In this document: positions 27,267 through 36,519 of the stretch, one piece after another
Layout of the letters: each line of letters begins with the position of its first letter
Position numbering within the stretch: the first letter of the stretch is position 1
Source of the DNA: Bacillota bacterium
GTDB lineage: Bacteria; Bacillota; Clostridia; Christensenellales; CAG-138
Assembly: GCA_016282255.1 (NCBI GenBank)
Contig: JAEEKE010000026.1
Span: forward strand, 19,990 to 83,989
Direction of reading: 5' to 3'
Length of the DNA: 64,000 nt
Notes under the pieces: model-generated
The model's input: the letters and a program-made list of their open reading frames with translations, nothing else
Told to the model about the DNA's origin: nothing
Database searches by the model: none
Translations under genes and position numbers: made by a program

Positions 27267-28487
27267 TCAGTTATTGGACAGCAGAGCCAAACGCATAATG
27301 GCGAGCGCATCGGTGGTATCGACCGATCCGCTGCCATCCATATCGGCATTCAAAGCACCCTGCTCGAACAGATGGATGATATTCATAGTATGACGCATCG
27401 CGGCAAGAGCGTCGGCAATGTTAACTATACCGTTGCAGTCGGCATCGCCGCGGAGAGTGACGTGAGGCTCGTCATTGGTTTCGGTGAATTTGGCGATCAC
27501 ATTCGAGGGAAGCCCACTATAAACATCGGATACGTTCCACTCCGCTTCGGTGGAGAGCTGAGTGTCTTCTTCATCGTACCAGCCGAGGAAGGTCTCCCCC
27601 TCATCCGGATATGCGTACATGATGATACGCTTATTGCTGCCCTGCAGCGTCTGCCAGTATCCGATACTGCCGTCGGCCTCCTCATGGATCATGTCGAAGT
27701 ACATATTCGATATACCGGTCATGTCAAGAGACCTGAACTTATTGCCGGAAAGGTTCAAGACTTTAAGGCTTGTGCAGTCATGAAGATCGATCTGCTCGAG
27801 TTCATTGTTTTCGGCATTGAGGGTAGTCAGCGCAGCGCAGTTCGAAACGTTCAAGTCGGTGATTTTATTATTACTGCAGACAAGGGTATTTAGCTGTGTA
27901 CAGTCTCTGATGTCCAACTCAGTAAGGAGGTTGTTATCGCAAATGATACTGCCGGTCAAACCCGTGCAGCCCCTGACGTTCAGATAGGTCAGCTGATTAT
28001 CATCACAGATCAGGTTGCTGAGGCTTTCACAGTTGGAAAAATCAAGTGACTGAAAAGCACCGTAGGCGCATTCAACATCGCCAAGCTCAGGGCAGTTCGA
28101 GGCGTCGACCGATGTGATATTATTATTGGACAGATACAGGCCGGAGAGCTCGGTGAAGCCGCTTATATCGAGCGAACCGACAAGGTCTTTATTATTCCAG
28201 CTGATGAACATGACATGGTAGGGTTCTTCGGAGGGAATGAATACCCAACCGTCATCCCATGTGCTGGGATCATCTACGTCATAGTCCTCATTGAGCTTTA
28301 CACCGTTCTTGACGCCGTCTTCATCCTCGATCTCAAGGAACGCGGCAAGCTTATTGTACTCATATTCGCTGTAGCCCTCGGGTACGGTCCAGGTCGTTTC
28401 GGCCTTAACGCTCAAGGGTGCTTTCGGAAAAACGGAAAGCATGAAAACAAGCGCGACGGCGATGCCGATGATTCGTTTAACTTTCAT
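27267..28487 (-). CDS. Secreted leucine-rich-repeat protein with C-terminal type-I-like dockerin
   Basis: Signal peptide MKVKRIIGIAVALVFMLSVFPKAPLSVKA. About seven 22-aa LRRs (e.g. LSNLICDDNQLTYLNVRGCTGL; DNA roughly 27720-28190). Two Ca-binding dockerin loops, DADCNGIVNIAD and DMDGSGSVDTTD (27270-27449). Confidence 0.8.
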   Translation of the reverse strand: MKVKRIIGIAVALVFMLSVFPKAPLSVKAETTWTVPEGYSEYEYNKLAAFLEIEDEDGVKNGVKLNEDYDVDDPSTWDDGWVFIPSEEPYHVMFISWNNKDLVGSLDISGFTELSGLYLSNNNITSVDASNCPELGDVECAYGAFQSLDFSNCESLSNLICDDNQLTYLNVRGCTGLTGSIICDNNLLTELDIRDCTQLNTLVCSNNKITDLNVSNCAALTTLNAENNELEQIDLHDCTSLKVLNLSGNKFRSLDMTGISNMYFDMIHEEADGSIGYWQTLQGSNKRIIMYAYPDEGETFLGWYDEEDTQLSTEAEWNVSDVYSGLPSNVIAKFTETNDEPHVTLRGDADCNGIVNIADALAAMRHTMNIIHLFEQGALNADMDGSGSVDTTDALAIMRLALLSNN

Positions 28488-28600
28488 TTTGTCCTCCGGT
28501 TTGATCGGTCGGAATGCGACCTGAATGATAAGGCTGCATAGTTATGCCTTACAAAATATTATAGCACTACACGAGCTTAAAGTAAATATACATAAATCAC

Positions 28601-28637
28601 AAAAAAGAAAAGCTAAGCGGCGGGAACTGCTCAGCTT
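28601..28637 (-). terminator. Terminator of the YitT-family gene
   Basis: On the minus strand, AAGCTGAGC ...loop... GCTTAGCTT followed by TTCTTTTTT. Confidence 0.6.
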
Positions 28638-28670
28638 CAAAGGATTTTGCGAATGAAATCGATATGCTTT

Positions 28671-29573
28671 TTACTGCGAGTCGTGCCGCTTAAAGCCCTC
28701 GCCGTACGCCGCGTCGATGGAGCTCACCATAACGAAGGCCTTAGCATCTAGCTCGTGCGCGATGCGCTTGATCTTGAAGACCTCGGAATTGGAGCAGGCG
28801 CAGAGCAGAACGTTCTTATCGGCTCCGGTATAGGCGCCCTTACCGTTGATAATGGTCACGCCGCGTTCGATCTCGCTGTTGATCCTGTCGGAAATGGCCT
28901 GTCCGGAGGTGCTGATGATGGTCATCAGCTTCCTTGAATCGTTGCCGTACATGATCTTGTCGATCAGCACGCTGTAGGTGATGGTCATGATAAGGCCGTA
29001 GAGCGCGGCGTCGATCGTGCCGTAGACGATGCCGCCGAAGAGGATGACCACGCCGTCGACCGCAAGCGAGATAAGGCCGAGCGAAAGCTGCGGGTTCTTG
29101 CGGCGGATGGCCATGATGACGAAATCGGAGCCGCCCGTGGAGGAATCGCGCATATAGATGCAGGCAAGGCCTGCGCCCGCGAGGATGCCGCCGAAGATCG
29201 CCGCAAGGATGGGCTCGCCCTTATAGAGGGGGAGCAGGGGCATGATATAGTCGATTATGATCGCGGAAAAGAGGATGGTCTTTGCCGAACGGAAGAAGAA
29301 GCGGAGGCCGAGCGCCTTGAAGCAGATCAGCACGATCGGGATATTGATAAGCACCGTGCCGAGACCGATCGGGATCAGTCCGCCGGTAAGCTTGTTGACG
29401 ATGATGGCAACGCCGGATACGCCGCCGGGCGCAAAGTTGGATGCCACGGCGAAATTATACATGCCCGCGCCGTACAGCGCGCAGCCTATGATATCGAAGA
29501 TGACGTCGACAAGGAGCGTCTTCGGATCTAGTTTCAGTTTCTCTTTAAGATTAAGACTCTTTTTCTTTTCCAT
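28671..29573 (-). CDS. YitT family membrane protein (DUF2179 C-terminal domain)
   Basis: Start at ATG 29573. Five TM helices with GGVSG and GGSDF motifs typical of YitT, and a soluble C-terminal domain (RGVTIINGKGAYTG). Confidence 0.85.
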   Translation of the reverse strand: MEKKKSLNLKEKLKLDPKTLLVDVIFDIIGCALYGAGMYNFAVASNFAPGGVSGVAIIVNKLTGGLIPIGLGTVLINIPIVLICFKALGLRFFFRSAKTILFSAIIIDYIMPLLPLYKGEPILAAIFGGILAGAGLACIYMRDSSTGGSDFVIMAIRRKNPQLSLGLISLAVDGVVILFGGIVYGTIDAALYGLIMTITYSVLIDKIMYGNDSRKLMTIISTSGQAISDRINSEIERGVTIINGKGAYTGADKNVLLCACSNSEVFKIKRIAHELDAKAFVMVSSIDAAYGEGFKRHDSQ

Positions 29574-29794
29574 AAAAGCCTCTGTGAGAGTTTTTCTGCA
29601 GGGCGCCGCCAAGGCTCCGCTTCTGCCGATTCGCGATTTTATCACTATTTATATGCGTTTTCAACCCCATAAACCAAATATATCCTGAAAGCGATCCCTA
29701 ATGATAAATGAGCAAATCGGGCGTTGACAAATTGGCGATATGGGTTACAATGGAAGCAGGAAAAATAAGGCGCGGCAGCCGAAAGAGGTATAAT

Positions 29795-30748
29795 ATGAGA
29801 GTGCTTGTGACCATACCGGCGGAGCCGGAACACAGATCGTTCCTGGAGACTTCCTGCCGGGACTGCGAATTCGTTTACGAAAGACAGCCCTCCGATGAAG
29901 AGCTTGAGAAGGCGGAGGCCGTCGTCGGCGTCGTCCCGGTCGAAAAGCTGCCAATCTGCAAAAAGCTTCGTTTCCTTCAGCTTTCTATGGCGGGGTCGGA
30001 CGCCTATAAGGGAAGGATGCCCGAGGGGACGGTCCTTGCGAACGCAAGCGGCGCATACGGCCTTGCCATATCCGAGCACGCCTTTGCGGCGATGCTTATG
30101 ATGATGAAGAAGCTGAATCTGTATCGCGATAATCAGAATGAAGCTGTTTGGCGTGACGAGGGCGGTGTTACCAGCGTTGAAGGCGCGAGAGTGCTTATCG
30201 TGGGCCTGGGAGACATCGGAGGCGAGTTCGCAAAGCGCTGCAAGGCCTTCGGAGCCTACTGCATCGGCATCAGGAGAACGCTGCGCGAAAAGCCCGATTA
30301 TATCGATGAGATGCACACGCCGGAAGAGCTTGATCCGATACTGCCGACTTGCGACGTCGTTTTGCTCGCGCTGCCGCAGTCGGAGGAAACGAGGCGCCTG
30401 TTCGACGAAAAACGGCTCTATTCGATGAAGCCGGGTTCGATCCTCATCAACGTGGGGCGCGGGAGCGCGATAGACACCGACGCGCTCGTTCGGGTCCTCA
30501 ACGACGGGCGCATCAAGGCAAGCGTCGACGTGACGGATCCGGAGCCGCTGCCGCCCGAGCACCCGCTTTGGAAATGCAGGAATATCCTTATAACTCCCCA
30601 TATCTCGGGCTTCTTCCATCTGAGGCATACGCACGACACCATCTTCCGGATAGCCGCACGCAACATTGCCGCCTTTATCGGAGGCGAACCGATAATGAAC
30701 ATAGTCGATCCCGAAACGGGCTACCGCATGACCGACAATCGCTATTAA
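29795..30748 (+). CDS. D-isomer-specific 2-hydroxyacid dehydrogenase family protein
   Basis: AGAGG RBS. NAD fold VLIVGLGDIGGEFAKR, catalytic-region motifs INVGRGSAID and TPHISG. Confidence 0.85.
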   Translation: MRVLVTIPAEPEHRSFLETSCRDCEFVYERQPSDEELEKAEAVVGVVPVEKLPICKKLRFLQLSMAGSDAYKGRMPEGTVLANASGAYGLAISEHAFAAMLMMMKKLNLYRDNQNEAVWRDEGGVTSVEGARVLIVGLGDIGGEFAKRCKAFGAYCIGIRRTLREKPDYIDEMHTPEELDPILPTCDVVLLALPQSEETRRLFDEKRLYSMKPGSILINVGRGSAIDTDALVRVLNDGRIKASVDVTDPEPLPPEHPLWKCRNILITPHISGFFHLRHTHDTIFRIAARNIAAFIGGEPIMNIVDPETGYRMTDNRY

Positions 30749-30781
30749 TCGTCCGGGTACACATAGGCGCAAAATTAGCTA

Positions 30782-30810
30782 TTGACATATTTCTTAACAG
30801 AAGGTATAAT
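30782..30810 (+). promoter_or_regulatory. Consensus sigma-A promoter of the pheST leader
   Basis: TTGACA, a 17-nt spacer, then TATAAT, both hexamers perfect. Confidence 0.65.
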
Positions 30811-30816
30811 CCTGAA

Positions 30817-31086
30817 ATTAAGAATATGGCGTTGACGGAGAAAAAGACCGGGAACCGCCCCAGAGAGGCCTGCATAGCTGAGAGCAGGCTGCGTTAGAAG
30901 GTCACAAAGTTCCCTCCCGAGCCGTGCCGGTGAAGCCTTTATGGGTGCGTAGTCGGCGCCGGGTGAGCCCGATACAGCTTTGTGAGGCACGTGCGTTTTT
31001 TCTAAGTGAAAACGCGCGGCAAATTAGGGTGGTACCACGAGAAAGGCGCGCTCGTCCCTTACGGGATGGAGGCGCCTATAATATTT
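30817..31086 (+). promoter_or_regulatory. T-box riboswitch leader (pheST)
   Basis: AG-bay CAGAGAGG (30861), distal loop GCUGAGAGC, Stem III GCGTTTT/AAAACGC, T-box sequence AAATTAGGGTGGTACCACG (31021-31039), and a terminator AGGCGC...GCGCCT (31044-31077) followed by a U-rich tract. It lies directly upstream of pheS. Confidence 0.85.
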
Positions 31087-31106
31087 CAAGCGAAGAGGAG
31101 AGAATT

Positions 31107-32129
31107 ATGCTTGATGAACTGATCAGGATCCGTGAGGAAGCGCTGAAGAGGCTTGAGGAGGTCAAAAGCGAGACCGACCTCGCCAGCCTCAACGTGGATT
31201 TCCTCGGCAGGAACGGCGCGTTGACGGCGATCCTGCGCACAATGTCCAAGCTCGCGCCCGAGGAAAGAGCGGCGCTCGGAAAGGACGCCAACGAAGTTAA
31301 GCAGTTCCTGACGTCAAAATTCGATCAGGTGCGTGCGGACATCGCAAGACGCGCCGAAGAACTGAAGATCAGGACCGAGACGATCGACGTGACGCTGCCC
31401 GGCGTTGTCGACGTGCCGGCCGGCAGGCTGAATCCGCTGACCGTAGTGTACCGCGAGATACGCGACGCGCTGATCGGCCTCGGCTTCACGACCTTTGAAG
31501 GGCCCGAGATCGAATACGACGATTATAACTTCACGAAGCTGAACCTGCCGCTCAACCATCCGGCAAGGGATATGCAGGATACCTTCTATATTAACGACCG
31601 CGTGCTGCTAAGGACCCATACCTCGCCATGCGAAGCGCGCGCCCTGATGACTCTCAAGCCTCCGTTCCGCGTCGTGATCCCCGGCCGCGTGTTCCGCGTC
31701 GACGAGCCGGACGCGAGCCACAGCCCCGTGTTCATGCAGATGGAAGGCCTTGTTGTCGACCGCGACCTGACTATCGCGGACCTCAAGGGCACGATCGATA
31801 CCTTCGTCAAGGCCGTTTTCGGCGAGAACGTCAGGTCGAGGCTCCGCCCGAGCTACTTCCCGTTCACCGAGCCTTCGGCCGAGGTGGATATCAGCTGCAC
31901 GATCTGCGGCGGCAAGGGCTGCAGCTCCTGCAAGGGCACCGGCTGGATGGAGATCATGGGCTGCGGCATAACGAACCCGCATGAGATCGAGAACTGCGGG
32001 CTTGATCCGAACGAATGGCGCGCCTTCGCGTTCGGCGTCGGCGTCGACCGCGTTGCCTGCCTTAAGTACGGCATCAACGATATCCGCCTGCTCTATGAGG
32101 GCGACGCCCGCTTCCTGCGCCAGCTTTGA
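31107..32129 (+). CDS. pheS: Phenylalanine--tRNA ligase alpha subunit
   Basis: GAGGAG RBS. Class II motifs HPARDMQDTFY, FRVDEPDASHSPVFMQMEGL and FPFTEPSAEVD. Confidence 0.97.
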   Translation: MLDELIRIREEALKRLEEVKSETDLASLNVDFLGRNGALTAILRTMSKLAPEERAALGKDANEVKQFLTSKFDQVRADIARRAEELKIRTETIDVTLPGVVDVPAGRLNPLTVVYREIRDALIGLGFTTFEGPEIEYDDYNFTKLNLPLNHPARDMQDTFYINDRVLLRTHTSPCEARALMTLKPPFRVVIPGRVFRVDEPDASHSPVFMQMEGLVVDRDLTIADLKGTIDTFVKAVFGENVRSRLRPSYFPFTEPSAEVDISCTICGGKGCSSCKGTGWMEIMGCGITNPHEIENCGLDPNEWRAFAFGVGVDRVACLKYGINDIRLLYEGDARFLRQL

Positions 32130-32148
32130 CGGAGAATAGGAGAACGAT

Positions 32149-34563
32149 ATGAAACTGCCTCTTAAATGGTTAAAAGATTTTGTTGATTTCAATACCACGC
32201 CTCAGGATTTCGCGAACAGGATGCTGCTTCGCGGCTTCGAGGTCGCGGAGATAATACCCGAGCTCAAAGCGACGGGCGTCTACGTCTGCACGATAGACTC
32301 CATCGAACAGCACCCGAACGCCGAAAGACTGCGCGTCTGCAAGGTAAACGTCGGCGGGGAAGAGGACCTTGTGATCGTCACCAACGCACAGAACGTCTAT
32401 GAGGGCTGCCAGGTCCCGGTGGCGCTCGACGGCGCGGTGCTCTCCGACGGCATGGAGATCCACCCCACGAAGATGCGCGGCGTGCTGTCCAGCGGTATGT
32501 TCTGCGGCGGCGCGGAGCTCGGCATAGGCGACGCCGAGTATGAGGGCGCCGGAAACGACAGCGTGCTGATACTGCATGAGCCGCATCCCAACGGCCAGCC
32601 CATCGCGGAAGCGCTGGACCTTTGCGACTGCATCTTCGACGTTGAGCTGACCCCCAACAGGCCGGACTGCCAGAGCATCATCGGCCTTGCGAGGGAGGCC
32701 GCAAGCGTGCTCGGACAGCGCATGAAGGAGCCGGAGCTTCCCAGGATAACGGGCGAGGGAAGGGCGGAGGACTATGCTTCCGTCACCGTGCTCAATCCCA
32801 CGCTTTGCCCGAGGTATATGGCTCGGGTCGTCACCGACCTTCATATCGAGCCTTCCCCAAAGTGGATGCAGCTGAGGCTGAAGCTCGCCGGGTTAAGACC
32901 CATTAACAACATAGTAGATATCACTAACTACGTGCTGCTTGAATACGGCCATCCGATGCACGCGTTCGATCTTGCCTGCATAGCCGATTCGCATATCGTC
33001 GTCCGCAACGCGTTTGAGGGCGAGATCGTGACCACGCTCGACGGCAAGGAGCGGCCCGTCACTCCCGATATGCTCCTGATCGCCGACCCCACGAAGGGCG
33101 TGGGCATCGCCGGCGTCATGGGCGGCCTCAATTCCGAGATCACCGAGAGCACGAAGGTGACGCTGTTCGAAAGCGCCGTGTTCCTTCCCGACAATATCAG
33201 GCATACCACCCGTAAGCTCAGGCATTCGACCGATTCTTCCGCACGCTTCACCAAGGGCGTTGAAGCGATCAACGCCGAGAAGGCGATCGACCGTGCCGTT
33301 CAGCTGGTCGAAATGCTCGGCGCAGGCAGGGTCATCGGCGGCATGATCGACGTTTGCGCGAAGAAGCCCGAGGAGCGCACCGTCGAAGCCGATATTCTGC
33401 ATATCAACAGGATACTGAGCACGGAGCTCTCCGGCGAAAAGATGGCGGAACTGCTTTCCGGAATCAATATAGAGTGCGAGGTCGTCGGCGATAAGCTGAA
33501 GGTCCGCGTGCCGCATTTCCGCACCGATATCGAGGACGGCATCGAGACCGACTGGGATATCGCCGAGGAGGTCGGCAGGCTCTACGGCTACGACAACATC
33601 GAGCCCACCCTTATGGTCGGCAGGACCTTCCAGGGCAGGCTCGGGGCAAGCTTCGCTTTCGAGGATAAGCTCAAGGACAATATGGCCGCTATGGGCTTCA
33701 TGGAGCTGTATAACTATAACTTCACCTCGCCCCAGGAGTACGATCAGCTGCTTCTCCCCGAGAACGACGAGAAGCGCCAGACCGTCAGGCTGAGGAATCC
33801 CTTCGGAGAGGATCAGAGCCTTATGCGCACCACGCTGATCGGCGGGATGCTGCGCACGGTCCAGCTCAACTGCAACCGCAAGACCGGCGCCGGCCGCTTC
33901 TTCGAGGTGGGCAACGTCCATTTCGACAACAATCCCGACCTTCCCGAGGAGAGGAAGCTCTTCGGAGCGGTCTGCTTCGGCGCGAACGAGAGCTTCTTCA
34001 CCCTCAAGGGCGTATTGGAGCAGCTCTTCAAGGTGCTCGGCGTAGAGAACGTACGCTACGAGCGGGGCGGCGGGGAATACCTGCATCCCGGTCAGCGCGC
34101 GCTTATCGTATGCGGCGATGAAACGATCGGCGAGATCGGCTGCGTCCATCCCGCCGTAAAGCGCAATTACGATCTGCCCGTAAACGCCTATATCGCCGAG
34201 ATCAGCTTCAATAAGCTGTTCGGGCATGCGACCGCCGTGCGCAAGTTCAACGCGCTGCCGAAGTTCCCGATAGTTCCGAGGGATATCGCGATAATCGTCG
34301 ATAGGGACGTCGAGTCGCAGACCGTCGTCGACATCATCGAGGCCGTCAAGACGAAAGCTTTGATCGGCAACGTTCGCTGCTTCGACGTGTTCTATCCCAA
34401 GGAGCCCGGCGAAAAGGGCATCCCCGAGGGCAGGAAGAGCATGGCGTTCCGTTTCGAGCTTCGCAACGAGGACCATACCCTCAACGACGAGGAGATCGGC
34501 CAGTCTGTCAACGCGGTGCTCAAGGCGCTGAAATACCGCCTCAACGCGGAGCTGCGTTCGTAA
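32149..34563 (+). CDS. pheT: Phenylalanine--tRNA ligase beta subunit
   Basis: MKLPLKWLKDFV N-terminus, tRNA-binding OB domain, B3/4 and B5 domains. 804 aa, follows pheS. Confidence 0.97.
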   Translation: MKLPLKWLKDFVDFNTTPQDFANRMLLRGFEVAEIIPELKATGVYVCTIDSIEQHPNAERLRVCKVNVGGEEDLVIVTNAQNVYEGCQVPVALDGAVLSDGMEIHPTKMRGVLSSGMFCGGAELGIGDAEYEGAGNDSVLILHEPHPNGQPIAEALDLCDCIFDVELTPNRPDCQSIIGLAREAASVLGQRMKEPELPRITGEGRAEDYASVTVLNPTLCPRYMARVVTDLHIEPSPKWMQLRLKLAGLRPINNIVDITNYVLLEYGHPMHAFDLACIADSHIVVRNAFEGEIVTTLDGKERPVTPDMLLIADPTKGVGIAGVMGGLNSEITESTKVTLFESAVFLPDNIRHTTRKLRHSTDSSARFTKGVEAINAEKAIDRAVQLVEMLGAGRVIGGMIDVCAKKPEERTVEADILHINRILSTELSGEKMAELLSGINIECEVVGDKLKVRVPHFRTDIEDGIETDWDIAEEVGRLYGYDNIEPTLMVGRTFQGRLGASFAFEDKLKDNMAAMGFMELYNYNFTSPQEYDQLLLPENDEKRQTVRLRNPFGEDQSLMRTTLIGGMLRTVQLNCNRKTGAGRFFEVGNVHFDNNPDLPEERKLFGAVCFGANESFFTLKGVLEQLFKVLGVENVRYERGGGEYLHPGQRALIVCGDETIGEIGCVHPAVKRNYDLPVNAYIAEISFNKLFGHATAVRKFNALPKFPIVPRDIAIIVDRDVESQTVVDIIEAVKTKALIGNVRCFDVFYPKEPGEKGIPEGRKSMAFRFELRNEDHTLNDEEIGQSVNAVLKALKYRLNAELRS

Positions 34564-34564
34564 A

Positions 34565-35026
34565 ATGTTCAACATCGTGCTGGTCGAGCCGGAGATCCCG
34601 CAGAACACCGGCAATATCTCAAGGACCTGTGCCGTAACGGGGTGCATGCTGCACCTCGTTCGGCCTCTCGGTTTTTCGGTGGACGACCGCTATCTCAAGC
34701 GCGCCGGACTCGATTATTGGGACGAGCTGAGCATCCGTTATTACGACAGCTTCGAAGAGCTCGAAAACGCATATCCCGATGCGAGGTTCTTCCTGTTCTC
34801 CACCCATGCCTCAAGGCTGTTTTCCGACGCAGAGTATCGCCCCGGCGATTTCCTCGTGTTCGGCAAGGAGACCGCGGGGCTCGGGCCGGAGCTGCTTTCA
34901 AGAAGAAGCGACGACGCCGTGCGCATACCCATGCGGCACGACCTAAGGTCGCTCAATCTTTCCAATTCGGTGGCGATCGCCGTTTATGAAGCGTTCAGGC
35001 AGAACGGGTTCAAAGGGCTTGAATAG
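34565..35026 (+). CDS. trmL: tRNA (cytidine/uridine-2'-O)-methyltransferase TrmL (SpoU/TrmH family)
   Basis: MFNIVLVEPEIPQNTGNISRTC and the C-terminal knot motif LNLSNSVAIAVYEAFRQ. Confidence 0.85.
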   Translation: MFNIVLVEPEIPQNTGNISRTCAVTGCMLHLVRPLGFSVDDRYLKRAGLDYWDELSIRYYDSFEELENAYPDARFFLFSTHASRLFSDAEYRPGDFLVFGKETAGLGPELLSRRSDDAVRIPMRHDLRSLNLSNSVAIAVYEAFRQNGFKGLE

Positions 35027-35043
35027 GTTTTAGGAACGAGAAG

Positions 35044-35703
35044 ATGACAGAGTCGGCAAAAAGTGAAAAAACGGTAGGGAAGCTCCTTTCTAACGGGGGC
35101 ATCATCGCCATATCGCGCGGGCTGTACGGCGACGATCTTTTAAGGTCGGTCGAGGCGATCGTCAACGGCGGCGTCAAGGCCGTCGAGATCGCGTTTGAGA
35201 AGGGACGCGAGCATGCCGCGGCGGGCTCAATTGAAATGCTAAAAAATCGCTTCGAAGATGAGATCGCGATCGGCGCAGGCACCGTTATCGACGAAGAACG
35301 GCTCAAAGCCGCATTCAACGCGGGCGCCGAATACATCGTTTCGCCGAACACCGATGAAAGGATCATCGTAAAGACGAAGGAGCTCGGCCTCGTCTCGATA
35401 CCCGGCGCGATGACACCGACGGAGCTGATCCGCGCATACGACTGCGGCGCGGACATAATCAAGCTCTTCCCCGCGGGAGCGCTAGGCCCGGAATACTTCA
35501 AGGCGGTCGCGACGCCCGTAAAGCATATCGGGATCGCCGCGGTCGGCGGGATTACGCTCTCGAACCTCGCGGCTTTTAAAGCTGCCGGAGCCTGCGCCTT
35601 CGGTATCAGCTCCTCGTTATTTGATCCAAAGCTTATCAAAGCGGGCCGGTTCGACGAGCTCACAGCGAATGCACTGGCGTATACGGAGCTTGCAAAAGGC
35701 TAA
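35044..35703 (+). CDS. eda: KDPG / 4-hydroxy-2-oxoglutarate aldolase
   Basis: Class I aldolase motifs IGAGTV, EYIVSPN and IKLFPA. 219 aa. Confidence 0.85.
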   Translation: MTESAKSEKTVGKLLSNGGIIAISRGLYGDDLLRSVEAIVNGGVKAVEIAFEKGREHAAAGSIEMLKNRFEDEIAIGAGTVIDEERLKAAFNAGAEYIVSPNTDERIIVKTKELGLVSIPGAMTPTELIRAYDCGADIIKLFPAGALGPEYFKAVATPVKHIGIAAVGGITLSNLAAFKAAGACAFGISSSLFDPKLIKAGRFDELTANALAYTELAKG

Positions 35704-35742
35704 CGAAAAACAAGCCGAAAAACTGATTCGGAGATCGGGATA

Positions 35743-36486
35743 ATGGACAGCAAAACGGAATCCATACATGCGGGGCACAGAAAGCGGATGCGCGAACAGT
35801 ACCTCAAGAGGGGGAACCTCGACGGGTACGACGACCATCAAATACTTGAGATGCTGCTCTTCTATGCGATCCAGAGAAGGGATGTCAATCCCCTCGCCCA
35901 TAAACTGATCGACAGATTCGGTTCGCTAAGGTATGTGCTCGAGGCAAGCGTCGAGGAGCTCTGCGAAGCGGGCCTCTCCGAAAACAGCGCCGTGCTTCTA
36001 AAGCTCGTTCACGACGTTAACGCGGCCGTTATCAAGAATGAAAGCTACAATGCCGAGATAAAGAGCGTCAGCGACGCGATAAGGATCTGCCACGGACTCC
36101 TCTTCTCGCATAAGGCCGAGACGCTGCTCCTGCTCTGCCTGGACGTTAAGAACAGGATAATAAAGATCTGCACGCGGACGGACAAATCATCCTCGAGCGT
36201 TTCCGCTGTGCCCAAATGGATCGCGGACGCGGCACTGTCGACCAACGCGTATGCGGTCGTCATCGCGCACAATCATCCTTCGGGATCGGTGGAGCCGTCA
36301 AACAGCGATGTGAACACCATAAAGGTGATAGTCGATCTGCTCAATACCCTCGACATCAAGATCTACGACAATATCATCGTAACGCGCGACGAAGGCCTTT
36401 CGATATCCAAAGGGGTCAGGCTCAGCGCTTCGGACATGTATCAAAAAGAGGAAAGCGAGGCCGGCAGCGATTGCGCTGCGGGCTGA
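35743..36486 (+). CDS. radC: RadC family (JAB/MPN domain) protein
   Basis: N-terminal HhH region (HRKRMREQY...ELLE.LLF) and the JAMM motif AHNHPSG...PSNSD. Confidence 0.85.
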   Translation: MDSKTESIHAGHRKRMREQYLKRGNLDGYDDHQILEMLLFYAIQRRDVNPLAHKLIDRFGSLRYVLEASVEELCEAGLSENSAVLLKLVHDVNAAVIKNESYNAEIKSVSDAIRICHGLLFSHKAETLLLLCLDVKNRIIKICTRTDKSSSSVSAVPKWIADAALSTNAYAVVIAHNHPSGSVEPSNSDVNTIKVIVDLLNTLDIKIYDNIIVTRDEGLSISKGVRLSASDMYQKEESEAGSDCAAG

Positions 36487-36519
36487 TGACACGGAATACT
36501 AATCCATCCGGGGGACAGA

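Noticed and set aside
30924-31106. Upstream extension of the pheS ORF (401-aa version)
   Set aside because: The extension reads through the T-box leader and its terminator. The true start, ATG 31107, has a GAGGAG RBS and gives a normal 340-aa PheS.
32893-34647. 584-aa ORF on the - strand
   Set aside because: It is antisense to pheT and is a shadow ORF.
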